NCBI GenBank assembly: GCA_050253075.1
Contig: JBFWJS010000002.1
Location: 512,001-576,000 of the forward strand
DNA length: 64,000 nucleotides
Reading direction: 5' to 3'
DNA from: Deferribacterales bacterium
GTDB lineage: Bacteria > Chrysiogenota > Deferribacteres > Deferribacterales > Geovibrionaceae
Below the pieces are notes generated by a model. It was not told where the DNA came from, did not search any database, and was given only the letters and a program-made list of their open reading frames with translations. This document shows, one piece after another, positions 20,284 through 34,100 of the stretch; positions within the stretch are counted from its first letter, which is position 1, and every line of letters begins with the position of its first letter. Made by a program: the position numbers and the translations under genes.

Positions 20284-20832
20284 TTATGCCTCCTGAGTTG
20301 CAAAAGGCATACCGAGTTCTCTAAGGAGCTCTCTAGCCTCTTCGTCTGTATTAGCACTTGTGGTTATGATGATATCAAAACCGCGGATTTTGTCGATCTT
20401 ATCGTAATCGATTTCAGGGAAAACGATCTGTTCTTTAAGACCCATTGCATAGTTTCCGCGTCCATCAAAAGACTTAGGGTTTACACCCTGAAAGTCTCTA
20501 ACCCTTGCAAGTCCGATTCTTGTAAGTCTGTAAAGGAATTCGTAAGCTCTCTCGCCGCGAAGTGTAACTTTGCAACCGATAGGCATTCCTTCTCTCAGTT
20601 TGAAAGTAGCGATAGACTTTTTAGCTCTGCAAAGGACAGGTTTCTGTCCAGCGATGAGCTCCATGTCTCTAACTGCACCCTCTATTACTTTAGAGTTCTG
20701 TACAGCCTCGCCAACTCCCATGTTAAGAGTGACTTTTAAGACTTTAGGAACCTGCATGACGTTCTTGTAGCCGAATTTCTCTGTGAGTTTCGGTACTACC
20801 TCTTCTGTATAGATTCTCTTGAGTTCCGCCAT
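20284..20832 (-). CDS. rplE: 50S ribosomal protein L5
   Basis: [24 protein letters not shown]. Confidence 0.98.
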   Translation of the reverse strand: MAELKRIYTEEVVPKLTEKFGYKNVMQVPKVLKVTLNMGVGEAVQNSKVIEGAVRDMELIAGQKPVLCRAKKSIATFKLREGMPIGCKVTLRGERAYEFLYRLTRIGLARVRDFQGVNPKSFDGRGNYAMGLKEQIVFPEIDYDKIDKIRGFDIIITTSANTDEEARELLRELGMPFATQEA

Positions 20833-20845
20833 TAGTTATTCTCCG

Positions 20846-21175
20846 TTAGTCCTTATCGATAATCTCGCCGCAAGATCTGCAGAATCTAACTTTCTTGCCG
20901 GACTCAAGTACTTTAATACCAAGCTTTACGCCTTTACTGCATTTCTCACAGTAGTACGCAACGTTAGAGATATCAAGAGGCATCGGTTTATCAAAGATGC
21001 CGCCGTCCGGGTTGAACTGGTTAGGTTTCATATGCTTTTTAGAAACGTTAACGTTCTCGCATATAACCTTGCCTTGAGTTTTGTCTAATTTGACAACTTT
21101 AGACTTTGTACCCTTATCTTTACCAGTAGTAATGATAACAGTGTCGTCTGTTTTCAGTTTAAGTTTTCCGTTCAC
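20846..21175 (-). CDS. rplX: 50S ribosomal protein L24
   Basis: D.V...TGKDKG, KKH.KP, ISNV. Confidence 0.97.
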   Translation of the reverse strand: MNGKLKLKTDDTVIITTGKDKGTKSKVVKLDKTQGKVICENVNVSKKHMKPNQFNPDGGIFDKPMPLDISNVAYYCEKCSKGVKLGIKVLESGKKVRFCRSCGEIIDKD

Positions 21176-21187
21176 TTATGCACCCTC

Positions 21188-21559
21188 TTACAGTACTTCA
21201 GGAGCCATGGAAACGATCTTAAGGAAGCCTTTTCCACGAAGCTCTCTAGCAACTGGGCCGAAAACACGAGTCGCGATCGGCTCAAGATTTGTTTTGTTCA
21301 GAAGAACACAAGCGTTGTCATCAAACTTAATATAAGTTCCGTCGTTTCTGCGCTGCTCTTTCGCTGTGCGCACAACAACAGCTTTAACAACAGTACCTTT
21401 TTTGATGTTACTGTCAGGAGCTGCCACTTTTACAGTAGCCACTATGATATCGCCGATTCTGCCGTAGCGCTTTTTAGAACCACCAAGCACCTTAATGCAA
21501 AGCACCTCTTTAGCACCGGAGTTATCAGCAACTCTCAGTCTGGATTCTACCTGTATCAT
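21188..21559 (-). CDS. rplN: 50S ribosomal protein L14
   Basis: [28 protein letters not shown]. Confidence 0.98.
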   Translation of the reverse strand: MIQVESRLRVADNSGAKEVLCIKVLGGSKKRYGRIGDIIVATVKVAAPDSNIKKGTVVKAVVVRTAKEQRRNDGTYIKFDDNACVLLNKTNLEPIATRVFGPVARELRGKGFLKIVSMAPEVL

Positions 21560-21565
21560 GTTACG

Positions 21566-21838
21566 TTACCCCTCAACTGCTACTTCAACAGAGCGCTCGA
21601 TGATCTTTGTCACTCTCCAGCGTTTATCCTTAGAGAGTGGACGTGTCTCAACGATCTCAACTGTATCACCCATTCTGCATTCGTTGTTCTCATCATGGGC
21701 CTTGAAGTTTTTACTTCTCTTGATGAACTTCTGATACCTTGGATGGAGTTTCAGGTTCTGGACTTTAACAACAACTGTCTTGTCCATCTTATCGCTGACT
21801 ACCACCCCTTTTCTTACCTTTCTGCTGTTTCTTTCCAT
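21566..21838 (-). CDS. rpsQ: 30S ribosomal protein S17
   Basis: [24 protein letters not shown]. Confidence 0.98.
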   Translation of the reverse strand: MERNSRKVRKGVVVSDKMDKTVVVKVQNLKLHPRYQKFIKRSKNFKAHDENNECRMGDTVEIVETRPLSKDKRWRVTKIIERSVEVAVEG

Positions 21839-22035
21839 TATTTTTCCTCAACAGCACGCTCGTTAAGGATAGTCTTAATACGAGCTATGTCTTTTTTAGC
21901 TTTTTGAATCTGGGAGCTATCTTCGATATCTCCTGTCGCAAGCTTGAACTTCATTCTGAAGATGTTTTCTCTGAGCTCTTTCTCTTTTTCGACAAGCTCA
22001 GCATCTTTCATTGCTTTCAGCTCGGATGCTTTCAT
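21838..22035 (-). CDS. rpmC: 50S ribosomal protein L29
   Basis: [15 protein letters not shown]; conserved position. Confidence 0.96.
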   Translation of the reverse strand: MKASELKAMKDAELVEKEKELRENIFRMKFKLATGDIEDSSQIQKAKKDIARIKTILNERAVEEK

Positions 22036-22460
22036 TCTGCAGCCTCCGCCATATCTTCTCTTTTTACGAATTTACATTTAATAGGCAGCTTGTGAGCAGC
22101 TCTTCTGAACGCTTCACGAGCCTGTGCTTCTGTAACACCGCCTACTTCATAGAGGATTGTACCCTCTTTAACAGGAGCTACATAGAACTCAACCGCACCT
22201 TTACCTTTACCCTGTCTAACCTCAAGAGGTTTAGCAGTTACAGGTTTGTGAGGGAAGATACGGATAACGACCTTACCACCTCTTTTGAGGTATCTGTTGA
22301 TCGCAATCCTCGCTGCCTCAATCTGGCGGCTGGTGAGCTTACCTTTACCTGCAGCAGAGAGACCGAAGTCGCCGAAAGCTACGTAGTTACCCTTTGTAGC
22401 TTTACCTTTGATGCGGCCTTTGTACTGCTTTCTGTATTTTAATCTCTTTGGAAGAAGCAT
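22032..22460 (-). CDS. rplP: 50S ribosomal protein L16
   Basis: [21 protein letters not shown]. Confidence 0.98.
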   Translation of the reverse strand: MLLPKRLKYRKQYKGRIKGKATKGNYVAFGDFGLSAAGKGKLTSRQIEAARIAINRYLKRGGKVVIRIFPHKPVTAKPLEVRQGKGKGAVEFYVAPVKEGTILYEVGGVTEAQAREAFRRAAHKLPIKCKFVKREDMAEAAE

Positions 22461-22462
22461 TG

Positions 22463-23116
22463 TTATTCACCTGCCTCAGCTTTTTTCTCTTCGAGTACTT
22501 CACCAGTGAAGACCCAAACTTTAATACCGATGATACCGTAAGTGGTCATAGCTTCTGTTGTGCCGTAGTCTATGTCCGCTCTGAGTGTCTGAAGAGGCAC
22601 GCGGCCTTTAATGTACCACTCAGTTCTGGCCATATCAGCACCAGCAAGACGACCGGAACATGCAACTCTGATACCGAGTGCGCCGGATTTCATCGCCTGA
22701 AGTACAGCTTTTTTCATAGCACGTCTGAAAGCCACACGACGCTGAATCTGCATAGCGATGTTTTCAGCTATGAGAACAGAGTTGATCTCAGGCTTTTTAA
22801 CTTCTCTGATAACAAGAAGTACTTCTGAGTTTGTAAATTTCTTAAGCTCTTTTTTGAGCTTGTCGATCTCTGCGCCTTTCTTACCGATAACGATACCGGG
22901 GCGTGATGTGTTCAGAGTTATTCTGACACGTGTACCCATACGTTCGATACCGATACGGGAGAGACCGGCTTGCATCAGCTTATCTTTGAGGAACTTTCTG
23001 ATTCTGATGTCCTCGATGAGCTGTTCTCTGTATTCTTTTTTGTTGGCATACCAAACCGATTTCCACGGCTTGTTGATACCAACTCTGAATCCATTAGGAT
23101 TTACCTTCTGTCCCAC
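22463..23116 (-). CDS. rpsC: 30S ribosomal protein S3
   Basis: [33 protein letters not shown]. Confidence 0.98.
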   Translation of the reverse strand: MGQKVNPNGFRVGINKPWKSVWYANKKEYREQLIEDIRIRKFLKDKLMQAGLSRIGIERMGTRVRITLNTSRPGIVIGKKGAEIDKLKKELKKFTNSEVLLVIREVKKPEINSVLIAENIAMQIQRRVAFRRAMKKAVLQAMKSGALGIRVACSGRLAGADMARTEWYIKGRVPLQTLRADIDYGTTEAMTTYGIIGIKVWVFTGEVLEEKKAEAGE

Positions 23117-23128
23117 CAAATACCTCCG

Positions 23129-23461
23129 TTAGTCAGAAAGAACTACTGTTATGTTGCTGGTAGGTTTGCGGATGCTTGTAGCACGGCCGTAAGCTCTAGG
23201 AAGAAATCTCTTCCAAACTGGACCCTGATCCACCTTAACCTCTTTCACAACCATACGGCTAGCATCTGCGTGGTTGTGGTTCTCCTCTGCGTTGCTCGCA
23301 GCGGACTTAACAGCCTTGTAAAGGATCTCAGCACCTTTGTTAGGTGTGAACTTAAGGATAGCAAGAGCTTCCTCTACCTTTTTGCCTCTGATAAGATCAG
23401 CTATAGGACGAGTTTTTCTAGGAGAAACTCTCTGATATTTTGCGTATGCTCTAGCTTCCAT
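23129..23461 (-). CDS. rplV: 50S ribosomal protein L22
   Basis: RVSPRK, SA.SNAE.N, PRAYGRA. Confidence 0.98.
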   Translation of the reverse strand: MEARAYAKYQRVSPRKTRPIADLIRGKKVEEALAILKFTPNKGAEILYKAVKSAASNAEENHNHADASRMVVKEVKVDQGPVWKRFLPRAYGRATSIRKPTSNITVVLSD

Positions 23462-23462
23462 C

Positions 23463-23744
23463 TTATCTACCCTTTACTTTTTTGTCGTCTTTCTTATGTC
23501 CTCTGAAAGTTCTGGTAAGGGAAAACTCACCGAGTTTGTGTCCTACCATGTTTTCAGTAACATAAACAGGGATGAACTTGTTGCCGTTATGAACAGCGAA
23601 GGTCATTCCAACCATTTCAGGAAGTACGGTACTTCTTCTTGACCATGTCTTAATGACTTTTTTGTCGCCGCTTTCTTTAGCAGCATCTACCTTTTTCATA
23701 AGGTGGTCATCTATAAACGGGCCTTTCTTGAGTGATCTAGGCAC
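23463..23744 (-). CDS. rpsS: 30S ribosomal protein S19
   Basis: [22 protein letters not shown]. Confidence 0.98.
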   Translation of the reverse strand: MPRSLKKGPFIDDHLMKKVDAAKESGDKKVIKTWSRRSTVLPEMVGMTFAVHNGNKFIPVYVTENMVGHKLGEFSLTRTFRGHKKDDKKVKGR

Positions 23745-23756
23745 TAGTCAATCCTC

Positions 23757-24584
23757 CTACTTCTTCCTGCGGGTTACGATATACTTGTTGGAAGGTTTGT
23801 TCTTCTTCCTTGTCTTGTATCCCTTTGTAGGAACACCCCAAGGAGTAACAGGATGACGTCCACCTGATGTTCTACCTTCACCACCACCGTGTGGGTGATC
23901 GATTGGGTTCATTGCAACACCACGGACTGTCGGACGTATGCCCTTCCAGCGAGCTCTACCCGCTTTACCGATTTTAATGTTCTCATGCTCTTGGTTAGAA
24001 ACCTGGCCGATTGTAGCTTTACATTCAGCTTTGATCAGTCTGATCTCACCGGATGGCATGCGGACGTGACAATAGGTTCCCTCTTTAGCGAGAAGCTGTG
24101 CGTATGTTCCAGCAGAACGAGCAAGCTGACCGCCTTTACCGGGCCTCATTTCAACGTTATGTATTACTGTACCGACTGGCAGATCTTTCAGCATTTTAGC
24201 GTTACCAAGTTTGATATCCGCTGCTTCGCCGCTTTCTACCTTATCGCCGACTTGAAGACCTGTTGGAGCGAGTATATATCTTTTCTCACCATCTGCATAG
24301 AAAACAAGAGCAATTCTTGCACTTCTGTTTGGATCGTATTCGATAGTTTTTACATTCGCTACAATGCCGTCTTTATTTCTTTTAAAGTCTATCAGACGAT
24401 ATTTCTGCTTATTACCGCCTCCCTTGTGCCTAACAGTAATGCGGCCGTGGTTGTTACGACCGGCTTTTTTGTGTTTAGGCGCGAGGAGTGACTTCTCAGG
24501 CTCATTAGTTGTGATGTCTGCGAAGTCGCTGTTGGTTCTAAACCTTACACCGTCTGAAGTTGGTTTAAACTTCTTTATTCCCAT
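23757..24584 (-). CDS. rplB: 50S ribosomal protein L2
   Basis: [30 protein letters not shown]. Confidence 0.99.
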   Translation of the reverse strand: MGIKKFKPTSDGVRFRTNSDFADITTNEPEKSLLAPKHKKAGRNNHGRITVRHKGGGNKQKYRLIDFKRNKDGIVANVKTIEYDPNRSARIALVFYADGEKRYILAPTGLQVGDKVESGEAADIKLGNAKMLKDLPVGTVIHNVEMRPGKGGQLARSAGTYAQLLAKEGTYCHVRMPSGEIRLIKAECKATIGQVSNQEHENIKIGKAGRARWKGIRPTVRGVAMNPIDHPHGGGEGRTSGGRHPVTPWGVPTKGYKTRKKNKPSNKYIVTRRKK

Positions 24585-24600
24585 TTAAGGTTTCCTCTTC

Positions 24601-24882
24601 TTAAACAAACTCGAGTGTTTCGCCTTCAGCGAGAACAACGATAGCTTTTTTCCAGTCGTTTCTCTTACCGAGTGAACGTCCGAAACGCTTAGCTTTACCT
24701 TTGTTGTTCATAGTTCTGACGTCTTTCACTTTCACGTTGAAAAGGGACTGTACAGCCTCTTTTACCTGGAGCTTTGTAGCTCTTGGATCAACTGCGAAAG
24801 TAATCTGGTTGAGGGTCTCTTTAGCCTCTACAGCTTTCTCTGTAATAACTGGCTTTTTAATAATGTCATAAATAGTCATCAT
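24601..24882 (-). CDS. rplW: 50S ribosomal protein L23
   Basis: PVITEKA, WKKAIV. Confidence 0.97.
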   Translation of the reverse strand: MMTIYDIIKKPVITEKAVEAKETLNQITFAVDPRATKLQVKEAVQSLFNVKVKDVRTMNNKGKAKRFGRSLGKRNDWKKAIVVLAEGETLEFV

Positions 24883-25505
24883 ATGAGAACCTCCTGAATG
24901 CGCTCAACTGCATCCTGGCAAAGCAGGATAGTTCTTGAGTTGATCACATCATAAACGTTAAGACCGTTTACATCGAGAAGGTCAACGTAAGGAACGTTAC
25001 GGAAAGCAAGTATAGCTTTCTCGTCGAGTTCTTTGTATACGATGAGGACCTTTCTGTCAGCAGAGAAATTCTTCAGAATTTCAACAGCTTCTTTGGTCTT
25101 GCCGTTTGCTACGCTGAGAGCGTCGAGTATATGAATTGCACCGGCCTCAGTTTTCGCTACTATAGCGGACTTGAGAGCATTCTTAATCTTCTTCTTAGGC
25201 ATTGTGTAGCTGTAATCTCTCGGCTGTGGACCGAAAGCTACTGCTCCGCCTCTCCAAATTGGAGATTTGCGGGAACCTGATCTGGCGCGGCCTGTACCTT
25301 TTTGTCTCCAAGGTTTAGCCCCTCTACCGCCTTTCATCTTAGCCCTGTTCAGAGTAGAATGAGTACCGGCTCTTCTGTTTGCGAGTTGCATTATTACAAC
25401 TTCATGCATGAGGGCGGGTTTTACAGGATATGACATTATTTCGTCACTCAGATCAACCGTTCCTACTGTTTCGTTTTTCACGTTTTTTACGTCAAAAGTA
25501 GCCAT
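24879..25505 (-). CDS. rplD: 50S ribosomal protein L4
   Basis: KPWRQKGTGRAR.GS..SP.WRGG. Confidence 0.98.
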   Translation of the reverse strand: MATFDVKNVKNETVGTVDLSDEIMSYPVKPALMHEVVIMQLANRRAGTHSTLNRAKMKGGRGAKPWRQKGTGRARSGSRKSPIWRGGAVAFGPQPRDYSYTMPKKKIKNALKSAIVAKTEAGAIHILDALSVANGKTKEAVEILKNFSADRKVLIVYKELDEKAILAFRNVPYVDLLDVNGLNVYDVINSRTILLCQDAVERIQEVLI

Positions 25506-25517
25506 TATTTCCTCTGA

Positions 25518-26153
25518 TTACTTCTTAGCCTTAACTGCTTCTTTAATGTAGACAATTCCGTCTTCGTGGCCTGGGATTGCACCTTTAACAAGCAGCAGGT
25601 TTGTTTCTGGGATTACTTTCACCACGGCGAGATTCTGTACAGTGACTTTTTTGCCACCCATTCTGCCGGGCATCTTTTTTCCTTTCATGGTTTCGCCGGG
25701 AAACTCACACATACCAATAGAACCAGGGGCTCTGTGGAAGTGAGAACCGTGTGTCGCGCGACCGCCGCTAAAGCCGTAACGCTTTACAACACCCTGAAAG
25801 CCTTTACCTATTGAGGTACCCTGTACATCTATGAGATCGCCTTCCTCAAAGATGTTAACATCAACCTGCTGACCCACTGTCATTTCGCCAGCTTCGCCCC
25901 TGAATTCTTTCAGGAACTTCATAGGCTTTACGCCTTGCTTTTTGAAATAACCGGCCATTGGTTTGTTTACTCTTGTTTCTTTAACAATTTCATCAAATCC
26001 AAGCTGAATGGCAGAGTACCCGTCTTTCTCTTCTGTTCTGACTTCGGTAACTACACAGGGGCCCGCAAGCACGACGGTTACAGGCACAACAGAACCGTCC
26101 TCGTTAAAGACCTGTGTCATTCCTACTTTCTTACCAATGATTGCTTTTGCCAT
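25518..26153 (-). CDS. rplC: 50S ribosomal protein L3
   Basis: [26 protein letters not shown]. Confidence 0.98.
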   Translation of the reverse strand: MAKAIIGKKVGMTQVFNEDGSVVPVTVVLAGPCVVTEVRTEEKDGYSAIQLGFDEIVKETRVNKPMAGYFKKQGVKPMKFLKEFRGEAGEMTVGQQVDVNIFEEGDLIDVQGTSIGKGFQGVVKRYGFSGGRATHGSHFHRAPGSIGMCEFPGETMKGKKMPGRMGGKKVTVQNLAVVKVIPETNLLLVKGAIPGHEDGIVYIKEAVKAKK

Positions 26154-26170
26154 TTGTCTTCAACCTTTTA

Positions 26171-26479
26171 TTAAAGTTTTATTTCTACGTCAACGCCGGC
26201 AGAGAGCTCGAGCTTCATAAGGGCATCAATAGTTTGAGGGTTGTGCTCAAAGATATCTATGAGCCTTTTATGAGTCCTTACTTCAAACTGATCTCTAGCT
26301 TTTTTGTTAACGTGTGGAGACCTAAGAATAGTGAATTTTTCGATACGGGTAGGCAGAGGGATCGGACCGACCACCTCTGCACCTGTTCTTTTCGCTGTAT
26401 TGACTATGTCTTTTACAGCCTTATCCAGAATTCTATAATCGAAAGCTTTAAGCTTTATTCTTATTTTCTGATTTTCCAT
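26171..26479 (-). CDS. rpsJ: 30S ribosomal protein S10
   Basis: [23 protein letters not shown]. Confidence 0.98.
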   Translation of the reverse strand: MENQKIRIKLKAFDYRILDKAVKDIVNTAKRTGAEVVGPIPLPTRIEKFTILRSPHVNKKARDQFEVRTHKRLIDIFEHNPQTIDALMKLELSAGVDVEIKL

Positions 26480-26484
26480 CGTCA

Positions 26485-27669
26485 TTACTCGGATATTTCT
26501 GTTACAACACCGGCGCCGACTGTTCTACCACCCTCACGGATAGCGAAACGAAGACCAGCATCCATTGCGATTGGAGTGATAAGCTCCACGTCACAAGATA
26601 TGTTGTCACCAGGCATTACCATCTCTACTCCCTCTGGAAGTGCGATGATTCCTGTTACGTCTGTTGTTCTGAAGTAGAACTGTGGACGGTAACCTGTGAA
26701 GAATGGGGTATGACGGCCGCCTTCCTCTTTTGTAAGGATGTAAGCTTCTGCCTTAAACTTCTTATGTGGTGTGATAGAACCTGGTTTAGCAAGAACTTGT
26801 CCACGCTCAACATCGTCTTTCTTAATACCACGAAGAAGGATACCTACGTTGTCACCAGCCTCACCTTGGTCAAGAAGCTTACGGAACATTTCTACTCCGG
26901 TTACTACTGTCTTAACTGTGTCTTTGATACCAACGATCTCGATCTCTTCACCAACCTTTACTATACCGCGCTCAATACGACCTGTTACTACTGTACCACG
27001 GCCGGAGATAGAGAACACGTCCTCGATTGGCATAATAAATGGTTTATCTATGTCACGCTCTGGCTCTGGGATGTAGTCATCAAGAGCTTGTACAAGCTCG
27101 ATGATCTTCTCTTCCCATGCTGCATCGCCTTCAAGGGCTTTAAGAGCGGAACCCTGGATGATTGGTGTATCATCACCGGGGAATTCGTAAGCAGACAGAA
27201 GGTCGCGGATCTCAAGCTCTACAAGCTCAAGAAGCTCTTCGTCGTCTACCATGTCGCATTTGTTCATGAATACTACGATTGTAGGCACTCCTACCTGACG
27301 TGCAAGAAGGATGTGCTCACGTGTCTGAGGCATTGGGCCGTCAGATGCGCTTACTACAAGTATAGCGCCGTCCATCTGCGCTGCACCTGTGATCATGTTC
27401 TTAACGTAGTCGGCGTGACCTGGACAGTCTACGTGTGCGTAGTGACGAATCTGGGACTCGTACTCTACGTGTGCTGTCGCAATAGTAATACCACGCTCGC
27501 GCTCCTCCGGAGCCTTGTCAATGTTAGCGAAGTCTACAGCCTGGCAGAAACCGCGTTTAGCAAGTACTGCTGTCATTGCTGCTGTAAGAGTTGTTTTACC
27601 GTGGTCAACGTGACCGATTGTACCCACGTTAACGTGAGGTTTCTTTCTCTCAAATTTTTCTTTGGCCAT
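26485..27669 (-). CDS. tuf: Elongation factor Tu (str-operon copy)
   Basis: [30 protein letters not shown]. Confidence 0.99.
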   Translation of the reverse strand: MAKEKFERKKPHVNVGTIGHVDHGKTTLTAAMTAVLAKRGFCQAVDFANIDKAPEERERGITIATAHVEYESQIRHYAHVDCPGHADYVKNMITGAAQMDGAILVVSASDGPMPQTREHILLARQVGVPTIVVFMNKCDMVDDEELLELVELEIRDLLSAYEFPGDDTPIIQGSALKALEGDAAWEEKIIELVQALDDYIPEPERDIDKPFIMPIEDVFSISGRGTVVTGRIERGIVKVGEEIEIVGIKDTVKTVVTGVEMFRKLLDQGEAGDNVGILLRGIKKDDVERGQVLAKPGSITPHKKFKAEAYILTKEEGGRHTPFFTGYRPQFYFRTTDVTGIIALPEGVEMVMPGDNISCDVELITPIAMDAGLRFAIREGGRTVGAGVVTEISE

Positions 27670-27707
27670 TTCAGGTCCTCCAAAACTTTAAAGTATTTTA
27701 TCTTTAA

Positions 27708-29780
27708 TTAGTTAGTTTTTATAATCTCTTCTGCGATGTTGTTAGGTACTTGCTCATAGTGGTCGAAGTGCATTGTATATGTTGCACGTCCCTGTGTGAT
27801 AGATCTGAGCTGTGTAGAGTATCCGAACATTTCTTTAAGCGGAACCATACACTTAATTACCTGAGCACCACCGATCATGTCCATACCTTCAACCTTTCCT
27901 CTTCTTGCGCTGAGGTCACCCATAACGTCACCTGTGTAATCGTCAGGAGTAACAACTTCAACTTTCATAACAGGCTCAAGGATAACAGGGCCTGCTTTCT
28001 TAGAAAGGTCTTTGAAAGCCATAGAAGCAGCAATTTTGAATGCCATCTCGTTAGAGTCGACATCGTGGTAAGAACCATCGTAAAGAACTGCTTTAAGGTC
28101 TTCAACAGGGTATCCTGCAAGGCAACCGTTCTGAAGTGCTTCTTCGATACCTTTCTCGACAGCAGGTACGTATTCCTTAGGAATAGAACCACCAACGATC
28201 TTGTTCTCGAATATGAAGCCCTGACCGGGTTCAAGCGGATGAAGCTCGATACAAACGTGTCCGTACTGACCGCGGCCACCGGACTGTTTAATGTATTTAC
28301 CTTCACCGGATACTGACTTAGTGATAGCTTCACGGTAAGCAACCATCGGGTTACCAACGTTAGCTTCAACTTTAAACTCTCTCATCATACGGTCTACGAT
28401 GATCTCGAGGTGGAGCTCACCCATACCGGAGATGATTGTCTGACCTGTTTCCTGATCAACTTTAACTCTGAAAGAAGGGTCTTCCTGAGCGAGTTTCTGA
28501 AGCGCCTGAGAAAGTTTCTCCTGGTCAGCCTTTGATTTAGGCTCAACAGCAACGGAGATAACCGGATCAGGGAAAGTCATAGACTCAAGGATGATCGGCT
28601 TGTCAGGGTCACACAGAGTGTCACCAGTTGTTGTATACTTAAGACCTACGGTAGCGCAAATATCGCCAGCGAAGATCTCTTTGATCTCTTCACGGTTGTT
28701 GGCGTGCATCTTAATAAGACGGCCAACACGCTCTTTCTTGTCTTTTGTAGAGTTGACAACATAGCTTCCTGCCTCAAGGTGTCCTGAGTAAACACGGAAG
28801 TATGTAAGCTGACCCATGTAAGGGTCTGTCATAATCTTGAACGCAAGAGCAGAGAAAGGTGCGCTGTCATCAGCTTTTCTTTCTTCTTCGATCTCTGTAT
28901 CAGGGAGTATACCCTTGATAGCAGGAACGTCGAGCGGAGAAGGCATGTAGTCGATAACTGCGTCGAGAAGAGGCTGTACGCCCTTGTTCTTGAACGCTGT
29001 ACCGCAAAGTACAGGGATGAAAGAAATGTTGATAACAGCCTTTCTGATACCTGCTTTGATCTCTTCTACAGTGAGTTCCTCACCTTCGAAGTATTTCTCC
29101 ATAAGCTCTTCGTCAGATTCAGCAACAGCTTCGAGAAGTATGCCTCTGTACTCTTCCGCTTTGTCGGCGTATTCAGCAGGAATATCAACGACATCGAAAG
29201 AAGCACCGAGCTCCTCACCGTTCCATACAACAGCTTTCATCTCAACGAGGTCGATAACGCCCTGGAAGTTCTCTTCAGCGCCGATAGGGAGCTGAATAGC
29301 AACAGGGTTAGCACCGAGCTTCTCTTTGAGCTGCTTAAGTACGTTGTAGAAATCTGCGCCTGTTCTGTCCATTTTGTTGACGAAAGCAACTCTAGGGACT
29401 CTATATTTATCGGCTTGTCTCCATACTGTTTCAGACTGAGGCTGAACCCCGCCCACAGCACAGAAAACTGCACAAGCTGAATCGAGCACTTTAAGGGAAC
29501 GCTCAACTTCGATTGTGAAGTCAACGTGTCCCGGTGTGTCGATGATGTTAATGCGGTGTTCTTTCCAGAAACACTGAGTAGTAGCGGAAGTAATTGTAAT
29601 ACCTCTCTCCTGCTCCTGCTCCATCCAGTCCATTGTCGCATTACCGTCGTGCACTTCACCGATCTTGTAGTTTACGCCAGTGTAAAAGAGAATTCTTTCT
29701 GTTGTAGTTGTTTTACCGGCATCGATGTGAGCCATGATACCGATATTTCTCTGCAAATCGAGAGCGACTTTTCTAGCCAC
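27708..29780 (-). CDS. fusA: Elongation factor G
   Basis: [29 protein letters not shown]. Confidence 0.99.
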   Translation of the reverse strand: MARKVALDLQRNIGIMAHIDAGKTTTTERILFYTGVNYKIGEVHDGNATMDWMEQEQERGITITSATTQCFWKEHRINIIDTPGHVDFTIEVERSLKVLDSACAVFCAVGGVQPQSETVWRQADKYRVPRVAFVNKMDRTGADFYNVLKQLKEKLGANPVAIQLPIGAEENFQGVIDLVEMKAVVWNGEELGASFDVVDIPAEYADKAEEYRGILLEAVAESDEELMEKYFEGEELTVEEIKAGIRKAVINISFIPVLCGTAFKNKGVQPLLDAVIDYMPSPLDVPAIKGILPDTEIEEERKADDSAPFSALAFKIMTDPYMGQLTYFRVYSGHLEAGSYVVNSTKDKKERVGRLIKMHANNREEIKEIFAGDICATVGLKYTTTGDTLCDPDKPIILESMTFPDPVISVAVEPKSKADQEKLSQALQKLAQEDPSFRVKVDQETGQTIISGMGELHLEIIVDRMMREFKVEANVGNPMVAYREAITKSVSGEGKYIKQSGGRGQYGHVCIELHPLEPGQGFIFENKIVGGSIPKEYVPAVEKGIEEALQNGCLAGYPVEDLKAVLYDGSYHDVDSNEMAFKIAASMAFKDLSKKAGPVILEPVMKVEVVTPDDYTGDVMGDLSARRGKVEGMDMIGGAQVIKCMVPLKEMFGYSTQLRSITQGRATYTMHFDHYEQVPNNIAEEIIKTN

Positions 29781-29792
29781 AGAAATCCTCCA

Positions 29793-30269
<477 letters not shown>

Positions 30270-30279
30270 TCACCTTTGC

Positions 30280-30651
30280 TTATTTAGGTTTTTTCACGCC
30301 GTATTTTGAACGGCTTTTCTTTCTGTTCTTAACACCTTCTGTGTCAAGAGCGCCTCTAACGATCTTATAACGAACACCGGGAAGGTCTTTTACCCTACCG
30401 CCACGAACAAGAACAACTGAGTGCTCCTGAAGGTTGTGGCCGATACCAGGAATGTAAGCTGTCACTTCTATACCTGAAGTAAGTCTTACCCTTGCTACTT
30501 TTCTAAGAGCAGAGTTAGGTTTCTTAGGTGTAGTTGTATAAACTCTTGTACACACGCCTCTTCTTTGTGGGTTACCCTGAAGAGCCGGAGACTTAGTCTT
30601 TTCAACTTGTCTCTTCCTGCCTTTTCTAACTAACTGGTTAAGTGTAGGCAA
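30280..30651 (-). CDS. rpsL: 30S ribosomal protein S12
   Basis: [27 protein letters not shown] start. Confidence 0.99.
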   Translation of the reverse strand: MPTLNQLVRKGRKRQVEKTKSPALQGNPQRRGVCTRVYTTTPKKPNSALRKVARVRLTSGIEVTAYIPGIGHNLQEHSVVLVRGGRVKDLPGVRYKIVRGALDTEGVKNRKKSRSKYGVKKPK

Positions 30652-30729
30652 CTTCGCTACCTCCTTTATATTTCTTTCGCGACCTTAGACAAGACGTAAT
30701 TCTCCCATCTTTAGGGCGAAAGAGCATGT

Positions 30730-30758
30730 AATCTACCAATACAAGCAAATAATGTCAA
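30730..30758 (-). promoter_or_regulatory. Sigma70 promoter of the str operon
   Basis: TTGACA-17 bp-TAGATT on the minus strand. Confidence 0.75.
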
Positions 30759-30899
30759 GTACTATATTAGAATTTGTCAGAAGGGATGAAAGATTCCCCC
30801 GCAGGGGGTTTCGGGCTTTTGAAGATACACATTTTTAAAGATTTTGGCAACATATATATAATGTATAAAAAAGGGGGCTCGAAAGCCAAGCTGTTTAGA

Positions 30900-31103
30900 A
30901 TATTTGTTGCAGAATCTCTAAAACAAACACAGCTACGTCATTCTGAGCGTAGCGAAGAATCTGATACCATTAGAGAGCCCACGTGTTCAGATCCTTCGGC
31001 TAAAGCCTCAGGATGACGAAAAATTTTTCTGAAACAAAAAATCCCCGATGTTACTATAAACAACGGGGATTTTATTATTGTGGGTCAAAATTTCAACACA
31101 TCT
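30900..31103 (+). mobile_element. MITE-like ~204-bp element, most complete copy
   Basis: Imperfect terminal inverted repeats ATATTTGTTGCAGA / TTTCAACACATCT; internal CGTCATTCTGAGC...GGATGACG dimer; copies at 10222 and 61583. Confidence 0.75.
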
Positions 31104-31161
31104 TTTAAACGGGTTAGCTCGAAAGCCCCCTTTATATATTAATGATGCAAGTTGTAATTTC

Positions 31162-34100
31162 TTACGCTTCAGCTTCGCCTGCAGCCTCTTCGGCCTTAGC
31201 AGCTTTGATGAAGTTGTATTTTGTGTTACAGATGTGTTTTGCACCTGTACCGGCAGGGATAAGTTTACCCATAGTAACGTTCTCTTTGAGTCCTCTGAGT
31301 TCGTCGAGTTTACCGGAACAAGCAGCATCTGTAAGCACTCTCGTAGTTTCCTGGAAGGAAGCCGCAGAGATGAAAGACTGAGTATTAAGAGCAGCCTTTG
31401 TGATACCCTGCAGGATAGCCCTAGCCTGTGGAGGTCTGAGTCCTTTGTTGAGAGTCTCCTGGTAAACCTTAACGAATTCGGATTTGTAAACCTCTTCGTT
31501 AGGCATGAAGTTAGAGTCTCCTGCGTCCTCAATGATGACCTTCTTAAGCATCTGGCGTGTAATAACTTCGATGTGCTTATCGTTGATATGTACACCCTGC
31601 TTACGGTAAACTTCCTGGATCTCATCTACGAGATATCTTTCAAGAGCTTCCTCACCGAGTACAGCAAGGATGTCGTGTGGGTTTACGAGACCGTCGATGA
31701 GAGCCTCACCTGCTCTAACCCTGTCACCTTCGTGTACGTTGATGTATCTCTGTACGGAGATGTTGTAGCTCTTTTTAACATTTGTTTCTTCGTTAGTGAT
31801 AGTCAGCTTTCTAAGGCCTCTTGCTGTGTTTTCGATGGATACGATACCGTCGATCTCAGCGATAACAGCAGGGTCTTTCGGCTTTCTTGCTTCGAAGAGC
31901 TCGGCAACCCTTGGAAGACCGACAGTAATATCTTTTGTCTTCTGAGTATCGCGAGGTATCTTAGCAACGATATCACCAGGCATAACTTCGTCATTTTCTT
32001 CAACCATGATGTTCGCACCGACAGGAAGAATGTATCTCTGGATGGTCTTGTTGTTTTCATCCTTGATAGAGATACGCGGCTGCTTCTTGCCTCTGGTGTT
32101 GGCGATAACAACCTTCTGCGACAGACCTGTAATGGCGTCGATGTCTTCTTTAAGGGTTTCACCTTCGACGATATCGCCGAAAGCAACACGGCCTTTGAAT
32201 TCTGTCATGATCACGGCTGCATACGGATCCCACTCAGCGATGAGCTCACCCTGTTTAACATTGTCGCCCTCTTTCACATGGAGCTTTGTACCGTATGATA
32301 TATTGTATTTCTCAAGAACACGTCCGTCCGGATCCATGATCTTAAGTACACCGTTTCTGTTAAGAACGATAGGTTCGTTGTATCTGTTCTCTACAATCTT
32401 CATCTCTTCAACAGCAATTCTACCGCCTATCTTAGCGTTAAGGCTTGACTGCTCCGCAGATGAGGAAGCCGCACCACCGATGTGGAAAGTTCTCATCGTA
32501 AGCTGTGTACCGGGCTCACCGATAGACTGGGCAGCGATGATACCGACAGCTTCACCTGTTTCAACCTCACGGCGTGTCGCCAGGTCGAGACCGTAACAGC
32601 TGCGGCATACGCCGTGCTTAGCTTCACATGTGAGAACAGAGCGAACTTTAACTCTGTCGATACCGGCTCTCTCGATCTTCTTAACAATGTCACCCGTGAT
32701 GAGCGAGTTGCCTTCAACGATGAGTTCGTCAGTAACAGAGTCGTATATGTCTTCAAGAGTGTAACGTCCGTAGATACGCTCGCCGAGGGATTCCACAACT
32801 TCGGAACCTTCCATAAGAGCAGTGATCTCGATACCCTTGATAGTTTCGCAATCGTCAACAGAGATGATAACGTCCTGAGAAACGTCAACAAGTCTTCTTG
32901 TAAGGTAACCGGAGTTCGCTGTTTTAAGAGCTGTATCCGCAAGACCTTTACGAGCACCGTGAGTAGAGTTGAAGTACTGAAGTACTGTCAGACCTTCACG
33001 GAAGTTAGATACAATAGGTGTCTCGATGATCTCACCGGAAGGTTTCGCCATCAGACCTCTCATACCCGCAAGCTGTGATATCTGCGCCTTAGAACCCCTC
33101 GCACCTGAGTGCGCCATTACGTGGATAGGGTTATAGAAACGCTCACGCTTGTTCTCTTTAGACTTGTCACCGCCGATGCTCTGGATAGTTTTCATCAGCT
33201 TGTCAGTAATGATGTCGTTAGTTGTAGACCATGTATCGATTATCTGGTTGTAACGCTCACCTGATGTAAGTGCACCTTCACGGTAGTGCTCGTCGATCTC
33301 ACGAACTTTAGCATTCGCCTGATCGATGAGGTCCTGTTTCTCTTCAGGGATGATAAGGTCATCGATACAGATAGAGAAACCGGCATTAGCAGCCCATTTG
33401 AAACCGAGGTTTTTAAGAGCATCGAGGAAGTTAACCGTGTGGAAGTTACCGAGACGCTTGTAAACTGTGTCTACGAGTGTCACGAGGTCTTTCTTTCCGA
33501 ACAGTTTGTTTACGACATCGAACTCGATTCCCTCAGGAACAATGGAGTAAAGGATGATACGGCCCGGGATAGTATCGTAGTACTGTCCGTTGATACGTAC
33601 CTTTATTTCAGCGTGCATGTCGACCTTACCGTGGTCAAGGGCGATCATCACTTCGTTTGTGCTGGAGAATGTCTTGCCCGCACCTTTGGCGTTTCTCATC
33701 TCACGTGTGAGATAGTAGATACCGAGAACCATATCCTGTGTAGGAACAGCAAGCGGTTTACCGTGTGCAGGAGACAGAATGTTATAAGAAGCAAGCATAA
33801 GTGTACGTGCTTCAAGCTGTGCCTCGTATGAAAGAGGTACGTGTACGGCCATCTGGTCACCGTCGAAGTCGGCGTTGAACGCAGGACAAACGAGCGGGTG
33901 GAGACGGATAGCCTTACCCTCGATAAGTACGGGCTCGAAAGCCTGAATACCGAGTCTGTGCAGTGTGGGCGCACGGTTAAGCATTACAGGGTGTTCCCTG
34001 ATAACCTCTTCGAGTACGTCCCAAACCTCAGGTCTCTGCTCTTCAACCATCTTCTTAGCCTGCTTGATAGTGGAGGCGATACCGCGCTCTTTCTCAAGTT

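Noticed and set aside
30774..31016. 80-aa ORF between rpsL and rpoC
   Set aside because: It runs through the MITE/REP sequence and has no protein features
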